From assembly GCA_030612025.1 (NCBI GenBank), contig JAUWOR010000006.1:26043-90042 (forward strand): DNA of 64,000 nt, given 5' to 3'. Shown here in pieces: positions 41,127-51,696 of the stretch (positions within the stretch are counted from its first letter, which is position 1; the number at the start of each line of letters is the position of its first letter). The stretch comes from Dehalococcoidia bacterium (GTDB taxonomy: Bacteria > Chloroflexota > Dehalococcoidia > GIF9 > AB-539-J10). Both the position numbers and the translations under genes were made by a program. The notes beneath the pieces are model-generated. The model was not told the origin of the DNA, ran no database searches, and saw only the letters and a list, made by a program, of their open reading frames with translations.

Positions 41127-41603
41127 GTGTCTGATATGGTAGAAGACAAGAACGAAGAATTATATGACCTATGGACATTGTTGCTTCGTGCTACCCGCTT
41201 GGCTGCAAAAGCGAGAGAGAAAGAACTTAGACCATACGGTATCTCACGTGCAGAGGCAGGAGTGCTACGCGTTATATTTCAAAAACAAGGCCGGTTAACG
41301 CCGTCGGATATTGCAAGACAAACGAGAAGAGAGATCCACACTGTTAATGCGCTACTGCATAGGATGCAAGGAAGGGAAATGCTGCAAATCGTAAGGGGTG
41401 AGAACAGAAAGGATATTGTCGAAATGCATTTAACGGATAAGGGGTATCAAGCCTATGAAAACAGCCTTAGACTAGACTCCGTTTCCGAAATACTGTCTAT
41501 CCTATCAAAGGATGAACGTACATCTCTTGCATCAATTATGCGTAAGGTTGGAAATTCTGCTCTAGAGGTTATCAAGGAATGCGATCATCCGCGCTTTTCA
41601 TAG
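41127..41603 (+). CDS. MarR-family transcriptional regulator
   Basis: 158 aa. The winged helix-turn-helix region is ISRAEAGVLRVIFQKQGRLTPSDIARQT...VNALLHRMQ. Confidence 0.75.
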   Translation: MSDMVEDKNEELYDLWTLLLRATRLAAKAREKELRPYGISRAEAGVLRVIFQKQGRLTPSDIARQTRREIHTVNALLHRMQGREMLQIVRGENRKDIVEMHLTDKGYQAYENSLRLDSVSEILSILSKDERTSLASIMRKVGNSALEVIKECDHPRFS

Positions 41604-41770
41604 TTTTCCCCTGGAAAACAAACTAGGCACGCACGTTGAAGGCAGACAATGGCGCCCACAATTGGGGGGTGGATTGCTCTGTTAATTTATCAAAGAAACT
41701 TTCAATATATCCATTCTCCTGGGGACTGTCAGGATTAATAAGCGGAGTCTGGCTGCCTAGAGCTTCCTAG

Positions 41771-42049
41771 TCACTGGCAGACCGCCCTAGCAACAAACTC
41801 AGAGCCGTTGCCACTGTGAATAAACTTCGGCACCCCACGGGTCAGCAGCAAACACTCCGGCCTCCTCACTACCGCCGAAGCTGGTATTGCGGGTGCAATC
41901 CTGGTGGCCAGGCACTGCCGGGCGGACGCATCAATTACAGCCAGAGTCCCGAGCTTATGACCTCGCTCGGTCCTGTCCTCCATGAAGTCGTAGCTCCAGA
42001 CATGATGGGATGTATTCTGTTTTTTTTCAAATTTCTGCCAGTGTTGCAT
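41771..42049 (-). pseudogene. transposase (rve integrase core) internal fragment
   Basis: The 92-aa ORF contains HVWSYDFMEDRTERGHKLGTLAVIDASARQ...FIHSGNGSEFVA. This fits the D..D / HSDNGSEF core of IS3/IS481-like integrases. Confidence 0.55.
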
Positions 42050-42225
42050 AAATCATATGTATAGTTTAATATATAGGTGTACTTAGCAGTAGATATATAT
42101 GTGTAATTATAAGTTGACGCATTTGACTTTTATGATTAGAGTTGTTAGAATGCAGCAAAATCGATGACAAGAAGGGGTATTGTACATTGTCGCCGCCTGT
42201 TCACCTACCGGGAGGCTACTCATAA

Positions 42226-42442
42226 ATGATAACAAGGAAAGACGATAAGGCTTAGCGAACAGAAGTGGGTAGAAGTGGAAGAAGCAAGAAAATTAGGCAT
42301 ATCCGTTACAGCTTTCTTAAAGCTTCTGATTAAGCAATATTTTAATAATATTAAATTTAAACGAGAGCGGAAGGAAAAGGTTTGTAGGTCGAGCAAAACA
42401 AAATGCTTCAAATCAGGATGTTGGTTAAATGAAGTGGATTAA
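42226..42442 (+). pseudogene. ribbon-helix-helix (CopG/MobC-like) protein gene with a 1-nt frameshift after codon 8
   Basis: MITRKDDK(A*) is followed, in the +1 frame, by RLSEQKWVEVEEARKLGISVTAFLKLLIKQYFNN... This is the typical RHH beta-strand and helix seen in plasmid mobilisation and antitoxin proteins. Confidence 0.4.
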
Positions 42443-42655
42443 TATCTATATTTTGGGCGTTTTTCATTTTTCACCTCCATTAAAACATAAGCCCGCTCTG
42501 GTCAAGAGCGGGCCTATGTTTAGCCTGTTATCTGAGCAAAGAGTTGTGCGATGAAATAGTAAAACTTGGTAAAAAATTGGTAAAGATGTTAACGAGTTTG
42601 TTGATAAAGTTGTGACGGAAGCATTAAAGAAAGAGCAAAAGGAGGAGAAGAGGAG

Positions 42656-43480
42656 GTGATGCTTAGCAAGAAACAAAAAGTAGCTTCCATACAATACGAG
42701 TTTTCTGATAAGCTTTCTAAGGAAGATAGAATAAAGAAGGCAGAAAAATTTATAGATAGCTGTGCTGATGCAGATTTAATCCTTTTGCCTGAGTTATGGA
42801 ATTTTGGTTGGCATAGTTTAGTTGATAAAGATATAGCTTCCATTGATAGACTTCGCACCCTCAGTGAGACCCTTGAAGGTGAAACAATTTCAAGAATGGC
42901 TGAAGGGGCGAGAAAGGTTAATTCTTATATTGTAGCTGGTAGTATCCTAGAAAGGAGGAATGATTCCTTCTATAATACTGCCGTTCTTTTAGACCCCAAA
43001 GGAAAAATTATTGCTACTTTTAGCAAGATGCACCTAGCTAATTATCTGGGATATCAAGAAGCAGCATTATTGAAACCTGGGCGAGATATCACTGCAGTTA
43101 GAACAGAGTTGGGTGTTCTTGGATTTAGTATCTGTTATGACCTACGCTTCCCAGAACTCTACCGTAAAATGGCTGTTAATAAAGGGGTAGAAGTTTTCTT
43201 GCTCATAGCAGCATTCGCCATGACAAGGTTAGAAAATTGGTTGCATTTATGTCACGCACGAGCTATCGAAAACCAGTGTTATCTAATTTCCTGTGATGCT
43301 GTTGGTAGTGATCGTGGTCACCAATATCTTGGGTATAGTGCCATTATTGACCCAAGAGGTATAACTATCGCAGGCTCAGGTACTTCTGAATGTATAGTTA
43401 AAGGTGAGATAGATTTGGAGGAGCTTTATAAATTTAGAAAAGTTATGCCCAATCTTCAAAATAGAGTCCTTTCAGTATGA
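42656..43480 (+). CDS. carbon-nitrogen hydrolase (nitrilase-superfamily amidase)
   Basis: 274 aa. The Glu-Lys-Cys catalytic triad context is present: LPELW, SKMHL and ICYDLRFPE. Confidence 0.8.
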   Translation: MMLSKKQKVASIQYEFSDKLSKEDRIKKAEKFIDSCADADLILLPELWNFGWHSLVDKDIASIDRLRTLSETLEGETISRMAEGARKVNSYIVAGSILERRNDSFYNTAVLLDPKGKIIATFSKMHLANYLGYQEAALLKPGRDITAVRTELGVLGFSICYDLRFPELYRKMAVNKGVEVFLLIAAFAMTRLENWLHLCHARAIENQCYLISCDAVGSDRGHQYLGYSAIIDPRGITIAGSGTSECIVKGEIDLEELYKFRKVMPNLQNRVLSV

Positions 43481-43497
43481 GAGGAGGAATTATTAGA

Positions 43498-44196
43498 ATG
43501 TTTGAGTTAATTGTTGAAAATGATGGTAGTAAGAAGTTGTCCTTTGAGATTAGGAAATTAATTAATGTGGGGCGCTCTACTCGCGATGTAAGTGGGGTGA
43601 AGAAACACCTGAATGAGTTACGGAAGAGTGGCGTTGCGATACTAGAACCAAACAAATTCCCAATTTTCTTCCCCAAAACAACAGATAGGATTACTACCAG
43701 CAATCGATTTGAAGTTCTTCCTGGTAGTAAAACATCTGGTGAGGTGGAATATGTGCTTCTACTTGATGGTGACAATATCTATGTTACTGTGGGTAGCGAC
43801 CATACAGACCGAGAACTTCAAAAAACTAGCGTTCTAGCATCAAAGGAGATTTGCTACAATGTTTTTGCACCAAAGGTGTGGCGCTATGAGGATGTAAAAG
43901 AATATTGGGACGACTTAATTATGCGGTCTTGGGTGGAAAAGAACGGCCAGCGCCAGTTATATCAGGAAGGCAAGCTGGTGAAAATGATAAGACCTGAGAA
44001 ATTGATCGAGGAAGTGAAATCGCATGTTGCGGGAAATCTAAACGGTATGGTTATATTCTCAGGGACATTACCTACCATCGGTGGTGAACTATGTTACAGC
44101 CCATATTTTGAAATAGAGCTAGTTGATGAGCATGCTGGAAGAACTATCAAACATGCTTATTCTGTGGAGACTATTACTTGGTATAAAGGAGGATAA
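43498..44196 (+). CDS. hypothetical protein. The likely start is MFELIV at 43498, preceded by the RBS GAGGAGG.
   Basis: About 232 aa with no recognised motif. It is co-directional with the C-N hydrolase and cupin genes and tightly spaced between them. Confidence 0.5.
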   Translation: MFELIVENDGSKKLSFEIRKLINVGRSTRDVSGVKKHLNELRKSGVAILEPNKFPIFFPKTTDRITTSNRFEVLPGSKTSGEVEYVLLLDGDNIYVTVGSDHTDRELQKTSVLASKEICYNVFAPKVWRYEDVKEYWDDLIMRSWVEKNGQRQLYQEGKLVKMIRPEKLIEEVKSHVAGNLNGMVIFSGTLPTIGGELCYSPYFEIELVDEHAGRTIKHAYSVETITWYKGG

Positions 44197-44197
44197 A

Positions 44198-44563
44198 ATG
44201 GCTAAACCGGAATTGGAGTTTTTTGATACTGCGCTTATCCCCTGGAAGCCGATAGAGGGAGCACCCGGGAAATATGAAAAAATATTGAGTAGGGACCCAG
44301 AGACAGGCTCTTATACTCGGTTACTTATGAGTGAGCCAGATATGGATGCTTATGTCGAACATCCAGAGGTTGCACCGGGCAAGACTCTTTGTCATGATGA
44401 TTTTGTGGAAGAGTGTTTTGTGATTAGAGGTACCCTTGTAGATACAGTAAACAACAAGACTTATAAGGCAGGATATTATGCTTGTCGCCCTCCAGGTATG
44501 AAACATGGCCCATTTTTCCATCCTACAGGTGCTGTATCTCTGGAAATTAGAATTCGCGTGTAA
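44198..44563 (+). CDS. cupin-domain protein
   Basis: About 121 aa starting MAKPELEFF. AAAGGAGG lies 6 nt upstream. The beta-rich C-terminus with His residues is typical of the cupin_2 fold. The ORF-track start of 44123 is probably too far upstream. Confidence 0.6.
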   Translation: MAKPELEFFDTALIPWKPIEGAPGKYEKILSRDPETGSYTRLLMSEPDMDAYVEHPEVAPGKTLCHDDFVEECFVIRGTLVDTVNNKTYKAGYYACRPPGMKHGPFFHPTGAVSLEIRIRV

Positions 44564-44608
44564 CTTGCAGTGTCTCTTTTAGTTGAGCGAGCGACATTGT
44601 AGTGAAGG

Positions 44609-45904
44609 TTGGGAGATATGGCTTACAAAAAGGAAAAAATGCAGCTAAATGGAGAGCAAAGGAAGATACTGGATGGAAAGGAAGGAAAAATCCTACAGGA
44701 GGCGATGGAGTCTCTCATTAAGTATGGCACTGCTATGGGTGCTAGGGAATTCATCAGAATCTCCAGTGCTCATACCTTGTTCACGTTAAGGAGCAAGGTA
44801 GCTAGGTGCTTCCTTCCGCGTGGTGTTCTGTTAACCAAAGAGGATATTGATAAGTTTAGCAAAGAGATAATTGGTACCCAAGTAAGAGTCAAGACCACAG
44901 TTAACCCTGGAGCAATAGACCGTGAGAAGTGGCAGCAGATGGGTGCTGAGGAGGCCACTTATAATTCAGTGATGCAAACGGTAGAGATTGGTAAGAGGTG
45001 TGGGTTTATGATGACTTATACCTGCATCCCTTACCTTACAGATAATATTCCTTTAATAGGTCAACACGTTGCTTGGTCTGAGTCTAGTGCTTATCTTTAC
45101 ATTAACAGCTTCTTAGGAGCTCGGTCAAACCGTGATTCCTGCGAGATATCCTTATATTCATCCTTGCTAGGCATTGCTCCGAACTTTGGCCTGCACCTTG
45201 ATGAGAATAGGAGGGGTACTGACTTAATTAATGTGCAATGTGAGTTAAAAGGTCCCATCGATTGGGGTGCACTAGGTTACTTTACAGGAGATAGAGTGGG
45301 TATAGGTATTCCGGTATTCAAAAATTTGAGGAGACCAACTACAGAGGAAGCAGTACAATTAAGTGCATCCATGAGTTCCTCTGGTGCTGTACCTATGTTA
45401 CATATTGTGGGTGTGACACCTGAGGCGCCAACTATTGAGACAGCTTTCAGAGGGAACACGCCAAGGCAAACATATATCTTCGATGAATCTGCCAAAGGAG
45501 AGGTTTACCAGCTTCTCAATTACAAACCTGAAGGGAAGGTGGATATCGTTTTCCTTGGCTGTCCACATGCAACTCTCTACGAGATAAAAGAGATAGCTCG
45601 AATGCTTGAAGGTAAGCATGTGGCCAATGATATTAGACTTTGGGTCATGACATCGTCTTCCATTAGAGCTTCGGCAGAACAGCTGGGGTATGCTGAGATA
45701 ATTGAGGATAGTGGGGGGGAACTATTTGCTGATGGATGCTTTCTCTGCTACTACGTAAATGCTCCTAATAAAAAGCCCAAGATGGATCGTATAGCAACCA
45801 ATTCAGCCAAGCAGGCTTTCGGTGCAAGAAGGTCATTTAACAGCAATGTATTTTTTGGAGACACGGAGCGTTGTATCCAGATTGCTATTGATGGAGGTGC
45901 TTAA
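44609..45904 (+). CDS. AcnX-type (aconitase X, DUF521) dehydratase large subunit, pair 1
   Basis: 431 aa and paralogous to 50436-51695. Shared blocks include YGTAMGA, W[SA]ES..YLYINS.LGA.SNR and ATNSAK.AF.ARRSF.SN.FFG. A DUF126-type small subunit follows immediately. Confidence 0.65.
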   Translation: MGDMAYKKEKMQLNGEQRKILDGKEGKILQEAMESLIKYGTAMGAREFIRISSAHTLFTLRSKVARCFLPRGVLLTKEDIDKFSKEIIGTQVRVKTTVNPGAIDREKWQQMGAEEATYNSVMQTVEIGKRCGFMMTYTCIPYLTDNIPLIGQHVAWSESSAYLYINSFLGARSNRDSCEISLYSSLLGIAPNFGLHLDENRRGTDLINVQCELKGPIDWGALGYFTGDRVGIGIPVFKNLRRPTTEEAVQLSASMSSSGAVPMLHIVGVTPEAPTIETAFRGNTPRQTYIFDESAKGEVYQLLNYKPEGKVDIVFLGCPHATLYEIKEIARMLEGKHVANDIRLWVMTSSSIRASAEQLGYAEIIEDSGGELFADGCFLCYYVNAPNKKPKMDRIATNSAKQAFGARRSFNSNVFFGDTERCIQIAIDGGA

Positions 45905-46320
45905 TGGCAGCAGCATCAAAAATATTCAGGGCGAAAAAAATCGTTCCAGGTAAGGTTTCAGGGCCAGCTCTGGTTACTAGGGGGTGTCTCTCCTTTCAGG
46001 GCTTTATTGATCCAAAGCGAGGGGTATTTTCTGCACCAGTGACTGAGTTGCAAGGAGCTTCATTTGTTGGAGCAGTATTAATTTTCACTTCGGGGAAAGG
46101 TCCTTCCGTTGGGCCGAGTGTACTTGACCTCGCCTGTCGTTTTGGAAATGCCCCAGCAGCAATCATTAACTTGGAGATAGACCCCATGATAGTTGCAGGC
46201 TGTGCTTTGCAAAACATCCCGCTGGTGCAGGTAAAGGATTCAGGCATTTTCGACCAAGTAAAGAACGGAGATATAGTAACGGTGGATGCAGACAGAGGTG
46301 AGGTGACAATTTCTAAATAG
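45904..46320 (+). CDS. AcnX swivel-domain small subunit (DUF126), pair 1
   Basis: 138 aa with AKKIVPGKVSGPALVT...SFQGFIDPKRGVF. It is start/stop coupled to the large subunit. Confidence 0.65.
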   Translation: MAAASKIFRAKKIVPGKVSGPALVTRGCLSFQGFIDPKRGVFSAPVTELQGASFVGAVLIFTSGKGPSVGPSVLDLACRFGNAPAAIINLEIDPMIVAGCALQNIPLVQVKDSGIFDQVKNGDIVTVDADRGEVTISK

Positions 46321-46407
46321 TAATAATAGAAGTTGAATTCTATATTAACCTTAAAGCTGGGTGATAAAGTAATTTAAGTAAATTGAGTAAAAGGAGGGAG
46401 AAACGAA

Positions 46408-47328
46408 ATGATATTCCAAGAAACTAGAGCATATTTAAAGAAAATAGGACTCCCTGAAGGTGACCTAAACGATTTACCCACTTCGGGCAAGACATTCCCA
46501 GACGGGGCTCACTTTAGGATCGAGGTTCCTACTGTAAATTCAGGTGAAGCAATGAGTGCCTTATTGAAAAGGGCTGATGAATTGGGCATCGTTATTAACC
46601 GGGTAACTGAGACGTATGGGATTTTCCGACACACCGTTGGGGAACTTAAGGAATATATTCAAATGGCAAAGGATTATGCTTGTGAGGTTGTTCTCTCTTG
46701 CGGACCTAGGGCAACTTACGATACAGGGGCAACTGTCCTTTCTCCACAAGGAGTGCGGATAGGTTATCGATTGAGAGGCATGGAACAGGTAATTCGTGCT
46801 ATTGAGGATGTGAAGAGAGCGGTGAATATAGGAGCTAGGGCTATTTTGGTTTATGATGAAGGACTCCTTTGGGTTCTTAATCAGATGCGAAAAGACGGAG
46901 AGCTCCCCAAGGATATTCACTTTAAGATATCAGCTCACTGTGGTCACTGCAACCCTGCTTCCTTTAAAGTTTTGGAGCAACTAGGAGCAGATACCATAAA
47001 TCCAGTTAGGGATTTGCAACTGCCAATGATAGCAGCACTAAGGGCAGCAGTTGGAATACCTTTGGATTTACACACTGATAACCCTCCAGCTTCAGGTGGG
47101 TTCATTAGGACCTATGAAGCACCCGAAATGGCAAGAATAGCTTCCCCCTGTCATCTAAAGACTGGTAACTCGGTTGTAGCTGGGCATGGGATTATTACAT
47201 CTGCGGTAGATGGCAACCGCATGGCGGAGCAGGCAAGCATTATTGTGGAGATGGTGAACAAGTATTATCCCAAATTAAAACAAAGTGAGAAAGTAAAGGA
47301 GGTGATGTGTATGAGTAAACATGAATAA
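46408..47328 (+). CDS. hypothetical protein, possibly a TIM-barrel enzyme
   Basis: 306 aa, preceded by AAAGGAGGGAG. No confident family assignment could be made. Confidence 0.45.
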   Translation: MIFQETRAYLKKIGLPEGDLNDLPTSGKTFPDGAHFRIEVPTVNSGEAMSALLKRADELGIVINRVTETYGIFRHTVGELKEYIQMAKDYACEVVLSCGPRATYDTGATVLSPQGVRIGYRLRGMEQVIRAIEDVKRAVNIGARAILVYDEGLLWVLNQMRKDGELPKDIHFKISAHCGHCNPASFKVLEQLGADTINPVRDLQLPMIAALRAAVGIPLDLHTDNPPASGGFIRTYEAPEMARIASPCHLKTGNSVVAGHGIITSAVDGNRMAEQASIIVEMVNKYYPKLKQSEKVKEVMCMSKHE

Positions 47329-47371
47329 AGGGTGGAGGGGTGGATAAAATCAAATTAAAAAGGAGGATTAA

Positions 47372-48454
47372 ATGAGACATAAAATAGTAATGGTGATGTT
47401 ATCAGTAGCACTTATTGTGGGTTTGGTTCTTATTGGCTGTGTTGAACCAGCGGCACCACCTGTGACACCGCCTGAAGAACCTGTTGAAGAACCAGAGCCC
47501 GAACCGGAACAAGAAAGAGAACCACACTTGATATTTGGAAGTGGATCAAAACCTTTATCCGGTTACTTTCCTTACCATACGGTAGTATTCCAGCTTGTAG
47601 ATGCTGCTCCGGGTGTTAGGTTTACGATGACTTTGCCGGGTGGTTCTGTAGCGGGTGCATTGGAAATCTTACGTGGTGAGATGGATATGACTGGTGGTCT
47701 TGCAATGGCTGCTTGGTATCAAATGACTCGTGGATTAGGTAAGTTTGAAGGCCAGGCTGTTCCTAATGACCTTAGAGCACTTTTTAGTTCTGCCACTGGG
47801 ATTTGTCCTCTACTTGTTCGTGTTGATAGTGATATAGATACTGTTTATGACTTTGATGGTAAATTGTACATGTCAGGGCTTCAAGGTTCTAGTGGAGAAG
47901 TATTGTTGACTGCGGCTTTTGAGGCACTTGGGATAGAAGTAGAGACATATCGTGGTAGTTATACTGATGCAGTCGCCGATATAAAGGATGGTAGGCTGAT
48001 AGGGTGCTCTAAAAACATGAAAGGGCATTCACTTGATCCTGGCATGATGGACGTTCAAACACGGATTCCTATCAAGATAGTTAGCTTCACTGAAAGTGAT
48101 GTAGAGAAAGTTAAGTCTAAAGTTCCTTACGTTACTTTCATGACATTAAAAGCAAATCACTATGTTCAGCTTGAGCACCCAGAAGTGATTGTATTGACAA
48201 CTCCCACAATGTGGGTTTGTCACAAAGACTTGGATGAGGTTATTGCATACGAAATAACTAAGTCCTATGCTGAAGGATTTGAAGAAAAGCTCCTTAAAGT
48301 ATTTGGTGAAGATATGGCAAATGCTCATCCTCTGGAAACTCCTTCGTTTGTGGGTCGATGTGAGGACGTATATATTCACCCAGGAGCTATTAGGTATTAT
48401 AGAGAAATGGGTGTTGAAATACCTGATTCTGTTGTTCCTCCTGAAATGAAGTAG
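47372..48454 (+). CDS. TAXI-family TRAP transporter solute-binding lipoprotein
   Basis: 360 aa. A signal peptide and lipobox (LIGC) are present, followed by a Pro/Glu-rich linker. The periplasmic-binding fold sits immediately upstream of a fused TRAP permease. Confidence 0.65.
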   Translation: MRHKIVMVMLSVALIVGLVLIGCVEPAAPPVTPPEEPVEEPEPEPEQEREPHLIFGSGSKPLSGYFPYHTVVFQLVDAAPGVRFTMTLPGGSVAGALEILRGEMDMTGGLAMAAWYQMTRGLGKFEGQAVPNDLRALFSSATGICPLLVRVDSDIDTVYDFDGKLYMSGLQGSSGEVLLTAAFEALGIEVETYRGSYTDAVADIKDGRLIGCSKNMKGHSLDPGMMDVQTRIPIKIVSFTESDVEKVKSKVPYVTFMTLKANHYVQLEHPEVIVLTTPTMWVCHKDLDEVIAYEITKSYAEGFEEKLLKVFGEDMANAHPLETPSFVGRCEDVYIHPGAIRYYREMGVEIPDSVVPPEMK

Positions 48455-48498
48455 GTGTTGTTGGGCATATATTAAATATAGGCCTACTTGTATTTTAG

Positions 48499-50439
48499 AT
48501 GCAAGCGGGCCTATATATCTATAGGAGAGTAGGTATGTCCAAGCTTGAAAGAGTATGGTGTAATATATCTAGATTTATAGCTATTTCTTTGTGCTGTTTT
48601 CATATATATACGGGTATATTCGGTTGCTTTCCTAACTTCGAACAGAAAGCAATTCATATAGGACTAGCACTAAGCCTTGTTTTTCTATTGTATCCTCTTA
48701 GGAAGAAAGCAACCACAGTAAAGAAGAGTCCATCGGTTATTGATTTGCTTATTATAGCTGTTTTGTTGTTTTCTTGTATCTTTATATTTGCAAATTACTT
48801 AGAATTTACTCCATTTATGGTACGTCCTATAAACAATTTTGAGATTGTCTTATGTATATTAACTGCTCTGATAATGCTTGAGGCAACACGTAGAACAATA
48901 GGATGGGCATTGTCAATTGTAGCTGCTACTGCTTTTCTATACGCTTTACTTGGTCAGTATATACCCGGTTATTGGGCACATCCCGGCTTCGCGCTATCTA
49001 ACATTTGTACTCATCTTTATCTATCCGCTGATGGGATGTGGGGATTTATGACTGGGTTATCTGCAACATACATAGCCATGTTTATTATATTTGGCTCTTT
49101 GCTACTAGCTTCAGGAGCGGGAGAGACACTAGTGGAGATAGCTAAGTATCTCACAGGGAGATTCCGAGGAGGCCCTGCCAAGGTAGCAATTTTATCTAGT
49201 GGATTTTTCGCAATGATATCTGGTAGTCCAACAGCGAATGTTGCAACCACAGGAGCTTTTACTATACCGATGATGAAGAAACTAGGTTATAAGCCTGAAT
49301 TTGCTGCCGGGGTAGAAGCAGCAGCCTCAAGTGCGGGAGTGTTAACGCCTCCTATTATGGGAGCAGCAGGATTTATAATAGCAGAGATATTGGGAGTGAC
49401 ATATCTGAAGGTGGTAATTGCTGCTGCTATCCCAGCGTACTTGTTCTACGTTGCTGCCTTCATGGGTGTTCACTTCCAAGCTGTTAGGCTAGATTTGAAA
49501 CCATTACCCAAGGAGGAGATACCTGCCGCTAGTTCTATTCTTATTCCTTCAAAAATGACTACCCTTGTTATACCAATTGGTATTCTTCTCTATATGCTAA
49601 TTAAAGGATATTCCTTAATGCTTGTAGGTACTAGTGCTTGTGTTGCTGTGTTGATAACCTATGTTATATCTGGTTTTTCTATAGAAGCAATTAAAAGAAG
49701 GATAATAAGAGTTCCTTCAATGTTGGAAAAAGCCGGTAGAACACTTGTTATTATCCCTGCAATTCTGGTAACTGCACAAATGTTATTATTCTTTCTCGAG
49801 TATACTGGCCTGAACTTAAAATTTTCTATTTTTGTTATGAGTATGGGAACTGAACTTTTATTGAATAAATTAATATTATTAGGTATATTGGTAATGGTAT
49901 TAGGAACAGGTTTACCAGTTTCGGCTGCATATTTGCTTGGGTATAGTGTAGCAGGTACCGCTTTAGTAGAACTTGGTTTGCTACCGATGTCCATACATTT
50001 ATTTATATTGTATTATGCTGTAATGGCAAACCTAACTCCTCCTCTTTGTCCTGCAGTATATGTAGCCTCAACTATAGCAGGGTCAAATTGGCTTAAAAGT
50101 GCTGGGGTGGCACTAAAATTGAGTCCGTTACTTTACCTGATGCCTTTTATATTTGTTTTTGATCCAACTTTTATAATGATAGGAGCGCCTGCTCATATTC
50201 TAATTAATGTGTTAACTGCCACAATTGGAGCAGTGCTCATGTCTAGCGGTCTAATTGGTCAATTAGTTATTAGATGTAATTTTTTAGAACGTATTGCTTC
50301 GACTTCTTCAGGTGTTCTTTTGCTTCTACCCGGATATAAAACGGACTTTTTAGGTGTTATTTTAATTTGCTTAATACTCATAGAACAAATGGTTAGGTCT
50401 GGTAAAAGACCAAATATTAGGTTTAGGAGGAAAAAATGA
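48499..50439 (+). CDS. TRAP transporter fused permease (4TM/12TM DctQM-type). The likely start is MSKLERV at 48535.
   Basis: 646 aa and highly hydrophobic, with about 16 or more transmembrane segments. It follows the TAXI solute-binding gene. Confidence 0.7.
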   Translation: MQAGLYIYRRVGMSKLERVWCNISRFIAISLCCFHIYTGIFGCFPNFEQKAIHIGLALSLVFLLYPLRKKATTVKKSPSVIDLLIIAVLLFSCIFIFANYLEFTPFMVRPINNFEIVLCILTALIMLEATRRTIGWALSIVAATAFLYALLGQYIPGYWAHPGFALSNICTHLYLSADGMWGFMTGLSATYIAMFIIFGSLLLASGAGETLVEIAKYLTGRFRGGPAKVAILSSGFFAMISGSPTANVATTGAFTIPMMKKLGYKPEFAAGVEAAASSAGVLTPPIMGAAGFIIAEILGVTYLKVVIAAAIPAYLFYVAAFMGVHFQAVRLDLKPLPKEEIPAASSILIPSKMTTLVIPIGILLYMLIKGYSLMLVGTSACVAVLITYVISGFSIEAIKRRIIRVPSMLEKAGRTLVIIPAILVTAQMLLFFLEYTGLNLKFSIFVMSMGTELLLNKLILLGILVMVLGTGLPVSAAYLLGYSVAGTALVELGLLPMSIHLFILYYAVMANLTPPLCPAVYVASTIAGSNWLKSAGVALKLSPLLYLMPFIFVFDPTFIMIGAPAHILINVLTATIGAVLMSSGLIGQLVIRCNFLERIASTSSGVLLLLPGYKTDFLGVILICLILIEQMVRSGKRPNIRFRRKK

Positions 50440-51695
50440 GGTTAACTGAAGTACAGCAAAATATAATTAATGGTGATAAAGGGAGACTTCTTAGAGAAGC
50501 ACTTATTAACCTGGTTAAATATGGCACTGCCATGGGTGCTGAGGAATTTATCCCCATCACCAGCGCCCATATTGCGTTTTCAGCAATGGACGTTGTGGCT
50601 TTGTGCTTCTCTCCACGTGGTAGGGAGCTAACAAAAGCTGAGATTGATAGGATTACCGAAGAGATGAGAAATATTAAAGTTAATGTTAGAACCACCGTTA
50701 ATTCAGGAATAATTGATCGTAGAAGGTGGCAACAAATGGGTGCTGACGAGTCAATTTATAATTCTGTAATGCAGGCAGTTGAAGTTGCAAGAGAGTGTGG
50801 GATAATGCCTACCTTCAGTATCACACCCCATCTAACTGATAATATCCCACTTATGGGAGAGCATTGTGCATGGGCTGAGTCTGGAACGCATTTATATATT
50901 AACAGTATTTTGGGAGCACAATCTAACAGAGAGTCGTATGAGTCAGCTTTTTACTCATGCCTACTAGGTATTACTCCAAACTTTGGCATGCACCTTGATG
51001 AGAATAGAAAAGGTACAGACTTGGTTGATATCCAGTGCGAGCTAGAATATGGTAGTGATTGGGGTGCATTAGGATATTTCACTGGTGATAGTATTGGTAT
51101 AGGTATACCTGTATTTAAAAATCTAAAAAGGCCAGTTGTTGAGCAGGTAAATCAACTTTGTTTTGCAACAAACTCTCCTGGTGCTATTCCAATGCTGCTT
51201 ATTCCCGGTGTGTCTCCTGAGGCTCCAACTCTTGAGGCGGCCTTTAGAGGAAACAAACCCAGGAATACATACTTTTTTGATGATAAAGCCAAACAAAGAA
51301 TTTACAATTCTCTCAACTATAATTCTAAAGGAGAAGTGGACTTAATTTCTTTTAGATGTCCTACTTTATATGAGTTAAGTAAAATAGCTAAAATGATTGA
51401 GGGAAAGAAAGTTCACAAAAATACTAGATTATGTGTAATGACTTCTGATTCTATTAGACACTCTGCGGAGCAAATAGGCTATGCTCAGATAATTGAGGAC
51501 AGCGGTGCAGAGCTATTTGCTGATGGTACACTACTTATTTTCTACATAAATGCACCTGCAAAGAAACCTAAGATGAATAGGATAGCAACAAATTCAGCCA
51601 AGCTTGCTTTTGCCGCAAGACGGTCATTTCACAGCAACATATTTTTTGGAAGCACAGAGCGCTGCATCGAAATAGCCATTAAGGGAGGTGTGTAA
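50436..51695 (+). CDS. AcnX-type (DUF521) dehydratase large subunit, pair 2
   Basis: 419 aa and paralogous to 44609-45904. Confidence 0.65.
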   Translation: MRLTEVQQNIINGDKGRLLREALINLVKYGTAMGAEEFIPITSAHIAFSAMDVVALCFSPRGRELTKAEIDRITEEMRNIKVNVRTTVNSGIIDRRRWQQMGADESIYNSVMQAVEVARECGIMPTFSITPHLTDNIPLMGEHCAWAESGTHLYINSILGAQSNRESYESAFYSCLLGITPNFGMHLDENRKGTDLVDIQCELEYGSDWGALGYFTGDSIGIGIPVFKNLKRPVVEQVNQLCFATNSPGAIPMLLIPGVSPEAPTLEAAFRGNKPRNTYFFDDKAKQRIYNSLNYNSKGEVDLISFRCPTLYELSKIAKMIEGKKVHKNTRLCVMTSDSIRHSAEQIGYAQIIEDSGAELFADGTLLIFYINAPAKKPKMNRIATNSAKLAFAARRSFHSNIFFGSTERCIEIAIKGGV

Positions 51696-51696
51696 T

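Noticed and set aside
44123-44197. The upstream extension of the cupin ORF, with the ORF-track start at 44123.
   Set aside because: It would overlap the preceding gene by 74 nt. A strong RBS (AAAGGAGG) precedes the ATG at 44198, so the shorter gene is preferred.
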